From positions 133,204 to 167,121 of the forward strand of contig CAYGTV010000002.1 of the NCBI GenBank assembly GCA_964353135.1: a stretch of DNA of 33,918 nucleotides. Reading direction: 5' to 3'. The first letter of the stretch is position 1; every line of letters starts with the position of its first letter. A program made the translations under genes and the position numbers. The notes beneath the pieces were generated by a model. That model saw only the letters and a list, made by a program, of their open reading frames with translations. It was not told the DNA's origin and did no database searches. This document shows, piece by piece, positions 26,791-33,918 of this stretch. Source of the DNA: an uncultured Candidatus Saccharibacteria bacterium (lineage in GTDB: Bacteria; Patescibacteriota; Minisyncoccia; Phycocordibacterales; UBA918).

Positions 26791-27405
26791 ATGGAAAAGC
26801 GACAAGTATTTTATATTCATGGGGGAGAATCATATAAAAATTACCAAGATTTTATCGAGCGCTTAGAAACCAAAGATATTTGGGACTTACCATCGGCTGG
26901 GTCTTATAAAAAATGGACTAGTACATTTGCATCTGACTTGGGTGATTCATATGAAGTGTTCATGCCAGCAATGCCTAACAAGAACAATGCTAAATACGAA
27001 GAATGGAAAATATGGTTTGAGAAACACTTTGAGTACTTGCGTGATGATGTTGTTTTGATTGGGTGCTCTCTAGGTGCAATGTTCCTTACGAAATATTTTA
27101 CTGAAAATCGGGCACCATTTATGGTGCGTGAACTAATCATTATGGCCTGTCCGGTGCAAGATGGGACATTTTCAGATAAAGATTGTGGTGATTTTCTGAC
27201 CAATATTGAAGATTTACCTAAACTTTCTGGTAAAGCAAGAAAAATTACAATTATGCAATCAAAGGACGATTTTTTAGTACCATATGAACATGCCCTCAAA
27301 TACAAAGAAGCTCTACCAGAGGCAGAACTAGTGACATTTACCGATAAAAACCACTTTTTGGTCGAAGAGCTGCCTGAATTGGTAGAACGGATTAAAAGTC
27401 TGTAG
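26791..27405 (+). CDS. Alpha/beta hydrolase, RBBP9/YdeN family
   Basis: IHGG, GCSLG nucleophile, SKDD, NHF. Confidence 0.88.
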   Translation: MEKRQVFYIHGGESYKNYQDFIERLETKDIWDLPSAGSYKKWTSTFASDLGDSYEVFMPAMPNKNNAKYEEWKIWFEKHFEYLRDDVVLIGCSLGAMFLTKYFTENRAPFMVRELIIMACPVQDGTFSDKDCGDFLTNIEDLPKLSGKARKITIMQSKDDFLVPYEHALKYKEALPEAELVTFTDKNHFLVEELPELVERIKSL

Positions 27406-27453
27406 TAGACGATTAGCGCCCCACCAAATAGAATTGGTGGGGCTGCTTTGTCT

Positions 27454-27822
27454 TTAGTGGGCGGTGATTGTGAGACAAGGCTTGTCATGGAGCGTCACAT
27501 GGATTGTAAGATCCTGCTCTTCCAGGCGACACTTCGCGAGCAGGTCCGCAATCTCTTTTTTGAGATCGCCGAAATCGCTCATTTTGAACTTAACCCGCCT
27601 TGGTCGCATTTCCGGAGCAAGAGAGAACAAGCGGTTTGTTTCATGAGGTCGGCAGATGTAGGGGGTACGCAAATCATCGTGACCATTGGTTTTTCTGACT
27701 TTGCCAACTATTTGGCGGTCATTATCTACCAGAATCAAGTAGTCTCCAATATTTAGTGTTTCAGTTGCTCTGCGCAACCCGCTGGCAGATGTTTTACGGA
27801 TAGCAATTTGCGGTTCTGACAT
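27454..27822 (-). CDS. Hypothetical protein
   Basis: GAGGA SD, upstream TTGACA, convergent hairpin at 27416-27448; basic 122-aa orphan. Confidence 0.5.
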   Translation of the reverse strand: MSEPQIAIRKTSASGLRRATETLNIGDYLILVDNDRQIVGKVRKTNGHDDLRTPYICRPHETNRLFSLAPEMRPRRVKFKMSDFGDLKKEIADLLAKCRLEEQDLTIHVTLHDKPCLTITAH

Positions 27823-27973
27823 TACATTCGTTCCTCATAAGGGTTATATCTACCGGATACTTTGCCTCATATATGGCTCATTTGTCAAATATTAAGATGT
27901 TTGAGGCCACATTAGTGTTTTTATCATGAAAGATTTAGCTACTTCACCCGTCTTCGAGTATAATGGTCACAAC

Positions 27974-28582
27974 ATGGCAGGGGAGCAATCAACTGAAAAC
28001 CTGAGTGGCCACGAAGCACGGTTCCTCGCAGCATATGACGAATACAACGACGCGCTCTTTCGACACGCGTGTATGCGTATCAGCGATCGTGAAAAAGCGA
28101 TTGATTTGGTGCACGACACGTATACAAAAGTTTGGTCGTATGTCAGAAAAGGCTACGAAATCGAACAATTCCGTCCGTTTTTATACAAAGTACTCAATAA
28201 CCTGATTATTGATACCTATCGGAAGAAAAAAGAATCTTCCTTGGACGCGTTGCTCAATATCGAAGGAGTGGACGAAGGTTCGTTTGACGAATTGTCGGAA
28301 AGCACAGTCGAGGCGCTGGCCGCCACCATTGATGGCCGCAAAGCCTTTGAACTGATGGATGAAATTCCAGACGTATACAAAGAGGTCCTCATCATGCGGT
28401 TTGTCGACGGACTAGGCCCCAAAGAAATGAGTGAACTGACCGAGGAGAAAGAAAACGTCATTTCAGTCAGGATTCACAGAGGGCTCAAGTTGCTCAGGCA
28501 AAAAATCGAGGCTCAAGACGAATTTGCAGATGAAAAGCGCAAGGCTACCGCGCGAAAAAAGACAGCCGACAAAAATAATTAA
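27974..28582 (+). CDS. ECF (sigma-70 group 4) RNA polymerase sigma factor
   Basis: Region 2 (AIDLVHDTYTKVW, FRPFLYKVLNNLIID) and region 4 HTH (VISVRIHRG). Confidence 0.9.
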   Translation: MAGEQSTENLSGHEARFLAAYDEYNDALFRHACMRISDREKAIDLVHDTYTKVWSYVRKGYEIEQFRPFLYKVLNNLIIDTYRKKKESSLDALLNIEGVDEGSFDELSESTVEALAATIDGRKAFELMDEIPDVYKEVLIMRFVDGLGPKEMSELTEEKENVISVRIHRGLKLLRQKIEAQDEFADEKRKATARKKTADKNN

Positions 28583-28583
28583 T

Positions 28584-30005
28584 ATGAAACGCTTTAGCGA
28601 ACAACTGCATAAACAAGCACAGACTGTGAAACTCAAAAAGAGTGAACAGGCTGATTTGCGTGAGCGACTAGTTTCATACATGGAATACCACCCGTTGCCA
28701 GCATCTATGAAGGCAGCAGACGTTTCTTATAATAAAAAAGCGACCCGTACATCGGTGTTGACCGACTCATTTGCACAATACGCTATCCCGTACCAGGCAC
28801 TATTTAAATTTGGAAGTGTGGCTGCAGTGTTCATTGTATTGATTGTGCCATTTATGGCTGAGCGAACAGTTCCTGGTGATACGCTGTACGCGGTCAAGGT
28901 GCAGTTTAATGAAGAGGTCCGAAGCACCCTGACGTGGGGAAGTTATGAAAAAGTGGAATGGGAGACCGAGCGTCTCAATCGCCGAATCGCCGAAGCCAGG
29001 CTACTAGCTGACGAAGGGCTCCTCACCCCAGAAGCCGAAGCCGAAGTAGCTGCTGCGGTAAAGGTACATAGTGATAACGCAAAACGCGAGATCGAAGTAT
29101 TGCGTGCATCAGATGCTGACGAGGCTACGATCGCGACCATCGCTTTTGATTCTAGTTTGCAGGTGCAGGCTCAGGTGCTACAAGAAGGGGTTGATAGCAC
29201 GGCCTCAAGCAGTAGTGCACACGGTCTGATTTCAGAAGCAATTGATGAGTCTCTAGAAAAACCTGTTTCTACCGAAGTAGCCGCTGTACCAGCCTATGGA
29301 AAATTGATGGCACGGGTTGAGTTAAACACGACTCGGGTGCAAGAACTACGTGATTCACTTGCTGGAGTAGTTACAGATCAAGGGCTGGTAGACGTGAACC
29401 GTCGAATTGACGATATTAATCGAGCAATTACCGACGCAGTAACACTAGCGCAGAACCCTGATACAGAGCTGGAAGCACGAACCGCATTGGTTGATGTGCT
29501 AACGCGAACCCAAAAACTGATCGTATTTATGACTGACCTCGAGGTACGAGAACAAGTGGGGATTGAAGCAGTGGTACCAGTTGTGTTGACCAACGATGAG
29601 ATGACAATCGATCGATCAAAACGAACGAGTGAATTGAACGAGGCAATCGTGAAAATTACATCAGTGATAGAGGCAGATACGGCCAGCGCACTCACAGAAA
29701 AACTGATTGACACTAACGAAAAACTGGTAGCAGCCCAGCAACAGCTGTCTGCGACAACTAACTACAAGGAGTTTGTTCAGTTGAGCAACAACGCCCTGGC
29801 TTTGGCTAAAGATAGTTTGCAACTGGTGGCCAATGAGGGTTACAAAATCCCAGAGCCGGCTGATGTGACAGCGACTTCAACCGAAGCATCGGTCGAAGAC
29901 ACAGCCACTTCAACTGATGAAGTGATTGAAGGTGAAGGAGGGGTACCGGTTGCTGTATCTACAACTACATCTAGTACTACACCAGTTGAAATTGACACTC
30001 TCTAA
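28584..30005 (+). CDS. Putative anti-sigma factor, single TM with DUF5667-like extracytoplasmic domain
   Basis: Starts 1 nt after the sigma stop; TM followed by PGDTLYAVK...E...RRIAEA; Thr/Ser-rich tail. Confidence 0.8.
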   Translation: MKRFSEQLHKQAQTVKLKKSEQADLRERLVSYMEYHPLPASMKAADVSYNKKATRTSVLTDSFAQYAIPYQALFKFGSVAAVFIVLIVPFMAERTVPGDTLYAVKVQFNEEVRSTLTWGSYEKVEWETERLNRRIAEARLLADEGLLTPEAEAEVAAAVKVHSDNAKREIEVLRASDADEATIATIAFDSSLQVQAQVLQEGVDSTASSSSAHGLISEAIDESLEKPVSTEVAAVPAYGKLMARVELNTTRVQELRDSLAGVVTDQGLVDVNRRIDDINRAITDAVTLAQNPDTELEARTALVDVLTRTQKLIVFMTDLEVREQVGIEAVVPVVLTNDEMTIDRSKRTSELNEAIVKITSVIEADTASALTEKLIDTNEKLVAAQQQLSATTNYKEFVQLSNNALALAKDSLQLVANEGYKIPEPADVTATSTEASVEDTATSTDEVIEGEGGVPVAVSTTTSSTTPVEIDTL

Positions 30006-30020
30006 ACCCTGGAGTATATT
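29992..30020 (+). promoter_or_regulatory. Sigma-70 promoter
   Basis: TTGACA-17 bp-TATATT. Confidence 0.7.
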
Positions 30021-30026
30021 GCGTAT

Positions 30027-30131
30027 ATGACACAGACGTATACCAACCAAGCGATCCTAGAGATAAACCAGTCATGGTTTGCCCTGTCAGTGATCGTAAT
30101 TCTCGCCTTTGGCGGGTCGGTTGGTATATAG
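30027..30131 (+). CDS. Putative leaderless 34-aa hydrophobic peptide (or structured sRNA)
   Basis: ATG at the predicted +1; MTQTYTNQAILEINQSWFALSVIVILAFGGSVGI*; terminator follows. Confidence 0.45.
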   Translation: MTQTYTNQAILEINQSWFALSVIVILAFGGSVGI

Positions 30132-30148
30132 GTCCATAATCTACTGCC

Positions 30149-30182
30149 ACAAGACCCGCCATCCGGCGGGTTTCTTGTTTTT
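30149..30182 (+). terminator. Intrinsic terminator
   Basis: ACCCGCC-atcc-GGCGGGT followed by a T-rich tail. Confidence 0.75.
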
Positions 30183-30308
30183 AAGGATTTGTTGGTCGGT
30201 GGGAAAATAAATAATCATTTATTTTCCCACCGACTCGCAACAATGCGAGCGGATCACTGCCCGAGCGCGGAAGAGTGATATGTAAACCCATAACAATGAG
30301 GAAATAAT

Positions 30309-30485
30309 ATGGGACTTCAAACAGATGGAGGTGCCAGCAATACTGCTGGCAGTGACCTGAGAGGCCAGCAATTGAGTGTGGCTTGTGGGTCGTGCACATT
30401 TTGTCTTGATGTGCTCGCTGGGGTGGATCCAAAAACAATGCCCCCGAGGCGTGCGCTACAATGCCATCGAGACAGAATACAATAG
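30309..30485 (+). CDS. Small Cys-motif protein (58 aa, CxxCxxC)
   Basis: GAGGA SD; MGLQTDGG...ACGSCTFCLD...LQCHRDRIQ*; shorter than any ORF listed in the track. Confidence 0.45.
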   Translation: MGLQTDGGASNTAGSDLRGQQLSVACGSCTFCLDVLAGVDPKTMPPRRALQCHRDRIQ

Positions 30486-30827
30486 CGCACAGGCAGGAAA
30501 AGGTTGTTGATGCCTTTAATTACCCTGCATAGGTAGTAAGGGCGCGGAATTATCCGCGCCCTTGTTTTGTATATTTTTAATTTAGTGATATTATTTTTGT
30601 ATGCATATTGCATCTACAGCTTTTTATTTCTTTTGGTTTACCACGCGAGAAACTCGGGCTGATTTGATGTAGCACTACTCACTTTACAAAATGCCGCGGG
30701 TTTCTCACTCAGAGACCCGCGGCATTTTTGTTGGCCGAAGGAAATTGTGTTGGTAAAAGCAATTTCCTTCGGCTCGCAAATAAGCGAGTCGTGTAACTTC
30801 ACAACGAAGAAAAAAGGAGAGTTCTTT

Positions 30828-31031
30828 ATGTCAGGTTCAGGTTTTGTTCCTAAAGGTGATTTGCCGCAACAACAAAATGTCAATTCTGGTCAAGCACAAC
30901 GACAGATGCCTACTATGAAACCGAGTCGTTCTGATTCGGAAAAACCTCAATCAAGCCGTAGGTTTGGGCCAGAGATATATCGCCAGGAATTTGGTGATAT
31001 AGGTAACCCTCTTGCTGGCAGGGTAAAATGA
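30828..31031 (+). CDS. Small hydrophilic orphan protein (67 aa)
   Basis: AAGGAG SD; followed by AAGCGCG..CGCGCTTTT terminator. Confidence 0.5.
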   Translation: MSGSGFVPKGDLPQQQNVNSGQAQRQMPTMKPSRSDSEKPQSSRRFGPEIYRQEFGDIGNPLAGRVK

Positions 31032-31128
31032 GCCAGCTAAGCGCGTCCCACCGGGGCGCGCTTTTCTTTTGCAACCTTACTCACATTTGTTACTCTATAG
31101 ACACTTATTAATATAGATATTTCTGATT

Positions 31129-32238
31129 ATGTTTGAAACCGCTTCAAGTGCCCTAGCTCAGTACATCCCAGAAGCAATGGTAAGCCTACCATTGCTTGGA
31201 ATAGTAGATATCCAAAAGCTGGTTATCGCGATTGCTTTGTTTACAATTATTTCGCTTGCAACTTGGTTGCTGCGCCTAGTAGTGCTGGTTCGGCTCGAAT
31301 CACTAGCTAAAAAAACTAGTAAACAATTTGACGATACGTTTGTGGAAGCAATTCAGACCATCCGTCCTTGGGTGTACAACTTGATTGCATTTTACGTGGC
31401 GTTACAGCTCTACACGCTGCCAAGTATGGCTGATCAGATTATTACTGGCTTGTTGTACTTTGCCTTTGTATGGCAGGGAATCCAGGTGATCAAATGCTTT
31501 ATCCGCTACGCCATCACTAATTTTGTCGAGAAAGATGAAGATGGTGACGGAGTGATCGACCCGGCGGCCGCGACAGCATCTGATTTGATCACACTGATTA
31601 GTAGCATCGTGCTGTGGGTTCTAGGGGTTATTTTTGTGTTGTCCAACATCGGGATTGAGGTGACTTCGTTGATTGCCGGTTTAGGGATCGGTGGTATTGC
31701 AATCGCGTTTGCCTTGCAAGGAGTCCTTGGTGATCTGTTCGCTTCATTCTCGATTTACTTTGATAAACCATTTCGGATTGGAGACTTTATTGTGATTGGG
31801 GCTGATTCAGGAACGGTGGAAAAAATCGGGATTAAATCAACCCGCATCCGCACTCTACAAGGGGAGGAGTTGGTGGTTAGTAACGCTGAGTTGACCACGG
31901 TTCGGGTCCAGAACTTTAAAAAGATGCAGCAGCGACGGATTGCTTCCCAGTTTGGCATCACGTATGAAACACCGCAGGATAAGGTGCAGATGGTTACAGG
32001 GGTTGTACAACGGATTTTCGAAGATATCAGCGGCTGTCACCTAGACCGTGTGCACTTTACTACGTTTGCTGACTCGGCATTATTGTTTGAGGTGGTGTAT
32101 TTTATTGAGTCTTCGGAATATGTAGATTTCCTTAATGCCCAACAGCAGTTCAACTTTACGTTGATGGAACGTTTTGCTGAAATTGGTATTGATTTTGCCT
32201 ATCCAACGCAGACAATTTACACCAAGACAGTCAGTTAG
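31129..32238 (+). CDS. mscS: Small-conductance mechanosensitive channel
   Basis: AGLGIGGIAIAFALQ, KPFRIGD, GTVEKIGIKST, FAYPTQ. Confidence 0.93.
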   Translation: MFETASSALAQYIPEAMVSLPLLGIVDIQKLVIAIALFTIISLATWLLRLVVLVRLESLAKKTSKQFDDTFVEAIQTIRPWVYNLIAFYVALQLYTLPSMADQIITGLLYFAFVWQGIQVIKCFIRYAITNFVEKDEDGDGVIDPAAATASDLITLISSIVLWVLGVIFVLSNIGIEVTSLIAGLGIGGIAIAFALQGVLGDLFASFSIYFDKPFRIGDFIVIGADSGTVEKIGIKSTRIRTLQGEELVVSNAELTTVRVQNFKKMQQRRIASQFGITYETPQDKVQMVTGVVQRIFEDISGCHLDRVHFTTFADSALLFEVVYFIESSEYVDFLNAQQQFNFTLMERFAEIGIDFAYPTQTIYTKTVS

Positions 32239-32245
32239 TAGATTT

Positions 32246-32283
32246 AGAAAAACCGGCGCACCAATTGGTGCGCCGGTTTTTCT
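32246..32283. terminator. Bidirectional terminator (perfect 38-bp palindrome)
   Basis: AGAAAAACCGGCGCACCAATTGGTGCGCCGGTTTTTCT. Confidence 0.8.
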
Positions 32284-32289
32284 GTGTAC

Positions 32290-33381
32290 TTATTCCGCTG
32301 ATTGTAGAATTGAAAGTAAAAATGGTGTGAGCGTCTCGGCAAATATCTGCGACCGGAACGCTAGATTTCCATCCAGGTTTTCTGCCAGTGTGAATCCGGT
32401 TTCTTCAAGCATAGTTCGATGAACATGCGAGAGGGTGATGGCTCGCAGGCTACCAGCCCCGTCTACACTATCGTCTCCTCGGGTGGCGATCATACCGATT
32501 ACTTCACCATCGTCGTTAAGCACTGGGCCACCTGATGACCCTTGGGCACCCACCACACTGCCTCTGATTGAAAACACGTCAGCTCTGTTTGATCCAAAAG
32601 TATATAATTCAGAAATACTAGTTTCAGCTGAGCGTGGGATCAGGTCAACCGACGCGCCGCGAGCGAGTAAGTCGCCAGCTGGGTATCCTGCAACTACAAT
32701 GTCTGCATTACGAATTCGTGTAGACAAGAGTTCGCTTGAGAATGGTAAGGCAGGGAACGTCTCAGGTACCGGCGTACCGGCGACAGTTCCGTCTACATAG
32801 AGTAGGGCGTAGTCACGTTCGCCAGTCCCCATCGGTTGCGCGTCGTTGAGTACAGCGGCATTTTCCAGTACCCAGGCAGGCGGGATGTAGAGCAGTGAGG
32901 CAGTGTACCGCGGGCTAGCTGGGTTTCCATTACGAACAATGCATTCTGCACTACCGTCTTCTTCTGCTTGGCTGAGGAGTAAAAATTGAGCTACATGTGC
33001 ATTGGTCATAATGACGCCATCTGCGTCGATAAAGAAACCGGTTCCAGTTGTCGTTTTAATGTATTCGGTTGTACGAAACGTACAGAAAATGTTCACAATG
33101 GCATCAACTGGATTAGTAGCAGTTGGTTCACTTAATCCGTCAGCTCCAACCACAGTTGCTTGTTGGTACTGAGCACTCTGTTTGAGTAGATCGGGAATGG
33201 TAGAAAACGCGCTTGGCAATGTTGCCATGATTGAATTGTCAGTTGACGACTCTTCCATCATAAACACATCAGGTTCGTATGATGTATCGGTAAATAAATT
33301 GGTGACTTGGATCGCTAAAGTGTTACTAAATGCGATGTACGCCGTAAAAATAGCGACGAGGGTATCGGTTAAAAATGACAT
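32290..33381 (-). CDS. Trypsin-like (S1) serine protease, exported, no PDZ domain
   Basis: GTGF, TNAHV, DYALL, GSSGGPV catalytic triad motifs. Confidence 0.9.
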   Translation of the reverse strand: MSFLTDTLVAIFTAYIAFSNTLAIQVTNLFTDTSYEPDVFMMEESSTDNSIMATLPSAFSTIPDLLKQSAQYQQATVVGADGLSEPTATNPVDAIVNIFCTFRTTEYIKTTTGTGFFIDADGVIMTNAHVAQFLLLSQAEEDGSAECIVRNGNPASPRYTASLLYIPPAWVLENAAVLNDAQPMGTGERDYALLYVDGTVAGTPVPETFPALPFSSELLSTRIRNADIVVAGYPAGDLLARGASVDLIPRSAETSISELYTFGSNRADVFSIRGSVVGAQGSSGGPVLNDDGEVIGMIATRGDDSVDGAGSLRAITLSHVHRTMLEETGFTLAENLDGNLAFRSQIFAETLTPFLLSILQSAE

Positions 33382-33475
33382 TGAAATAAGTATAGCATCG
33401 AGGCCTTTCTAGTTTGGTTGAAAATAGATGAGGTTGTGATAGGATTGTTGAACTTTGATGAATCAGTCATCAATT

Positions 33476-33546
33476 GCGGGTGTGGTTTAGTGGTAAAACG
33501 ACTGCCTTCCAAGCAGTAGTCGGGGGTTCGATTCCTCTCACCCGCA
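33476..33546 (+). tRNA. tRNA-Gly(TCC)
   Basis: GCGGGTG/CACCCGC-A; ACTGC-CT TCC AA-GCAGT; GGGGG-TTCGATT-CCTCT. Confidence 0.92.
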
Positions 33547-33590
33547 CAGGTACTAGAGAGCCGGTTTTATACCGGCTTTTCTAGTGCCTG
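33547..33590 (+). terminator. Hairpin after tRNA-Gly(TCC)
   Basis: CAGGTACTAGAGAGCCGGT...ACCGGCTTTTCTAGTGCCTG. Confidence 0.6.
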
Positions 33591-33593
33591 AAA

Positions 33594-33717
33594 GGGTGAA
33601 GTAAGCAAACTGCTTTGCTTACGTGGGGAATCGAAAGACAGAGCGATGTTTACGAACGAGTCGGGGTCGAGAAAAATTTCTGAAAGAAATTTATTCGTGA
33701 CCGATTCCCCTCACCCG
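33594..33717 (+). repeat. tRNA-associated folded element C (Gly-TCC ends)
   Basis: GGGTGA-[GTAAGCAAA/TTTGCTTAC]-GT-GGGGAATCGAAAG ... GTCGGGGTCGAG ... TCGTGAC-CGATTCCCCTCACCCG. Confidence 0.8.
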
Positions 33718-33798
33718 ACTTATGTGTTACCATCCCGATAATCCAGCGTCGGCGATAACGCATCGTGACACATTACAATGTTAATATAAAAAATAAGT

Positions 33799-33918
33799 AT
33801 GGATATTCCAGAATGTTTTTATCGTATCAGTGTCAAAGCGTTAGTGTTGAATGAAACACGAGACAAATTTTGATTATCCAAGAAGAAGACGGTCGTTGGG
33901 AATTGCCTGGTGGAGGGC
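33799..33918 (+). pseudogene. NUDIX hydrolase N-terminus with a frameshift (runs off the window)
   Basis: MDIPECFYRISVKALVLNETRDKF then TGA at 33871; the -1 frame continues LIIQEEDGRWELPGGG. Confidence 0.7.

Noticed and set aside
3118-32800. Numerous antisense ORFs (e.g. 3118-3456, 4317-4649, 14376-14798, 23135-23659, 24738-25238, 26904-27488, 32435-32800)
   Set aside because: Shadows of well-supported genes on the opposite strand, with no motifs.
33765-33792. dif-like site
   Set aside because: Weak resemblance to the XerD arm only, and the window appears origin-proximal.

Overview
Gene-dense bacterial chromosome segment read with genetic code 11. Its gene content (TM-anchored Clp-like ATPase, DUF5667-type anti-sigma, HTH/LAGLIDADG-like gene beside a tRNA, few SD sites, scant metabolism) suggests a Patescibacteria/CPR (Parcubacteria-like) organism; this is inference. 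It carries about 40 CDS (Xer-type recombinase, two M14 peptidases, Clp ATPase, CspA, xth, CCA-adding enzyme, thioredoxin/CcdA, YraN, four EamA transporters, DapD, CorA, VanX-like peptidase, ECF sigma/anti-sigma, MscS, serine protease) and four tRNAs (Arg-TCG, Gly-GCC, Pro-TGG, Gly-TCC). Highlights: (1) a family of ~125-205 bp folded non-coding elements associated with all four tRNA loci; three of them end in an inverted and a direct copy of the cognate tRNA 3' end around a shared, covarying core; (2) one such element marks the junction of a tRNA-Pro-anchored tandem duplication in which the cargo between conserved boundaries differs (orf+dapD versus another orf); (3) a probable oriC (tandem DnaA boxes) next to about 11 parS-like sites, several inside coding sequence, with no dnaA or parAB in the window; (4) an active/dead M14 peptidase pair, widespread leaderless-type promoters, and several small ORFs or structured RNAs missing from the ORF track.
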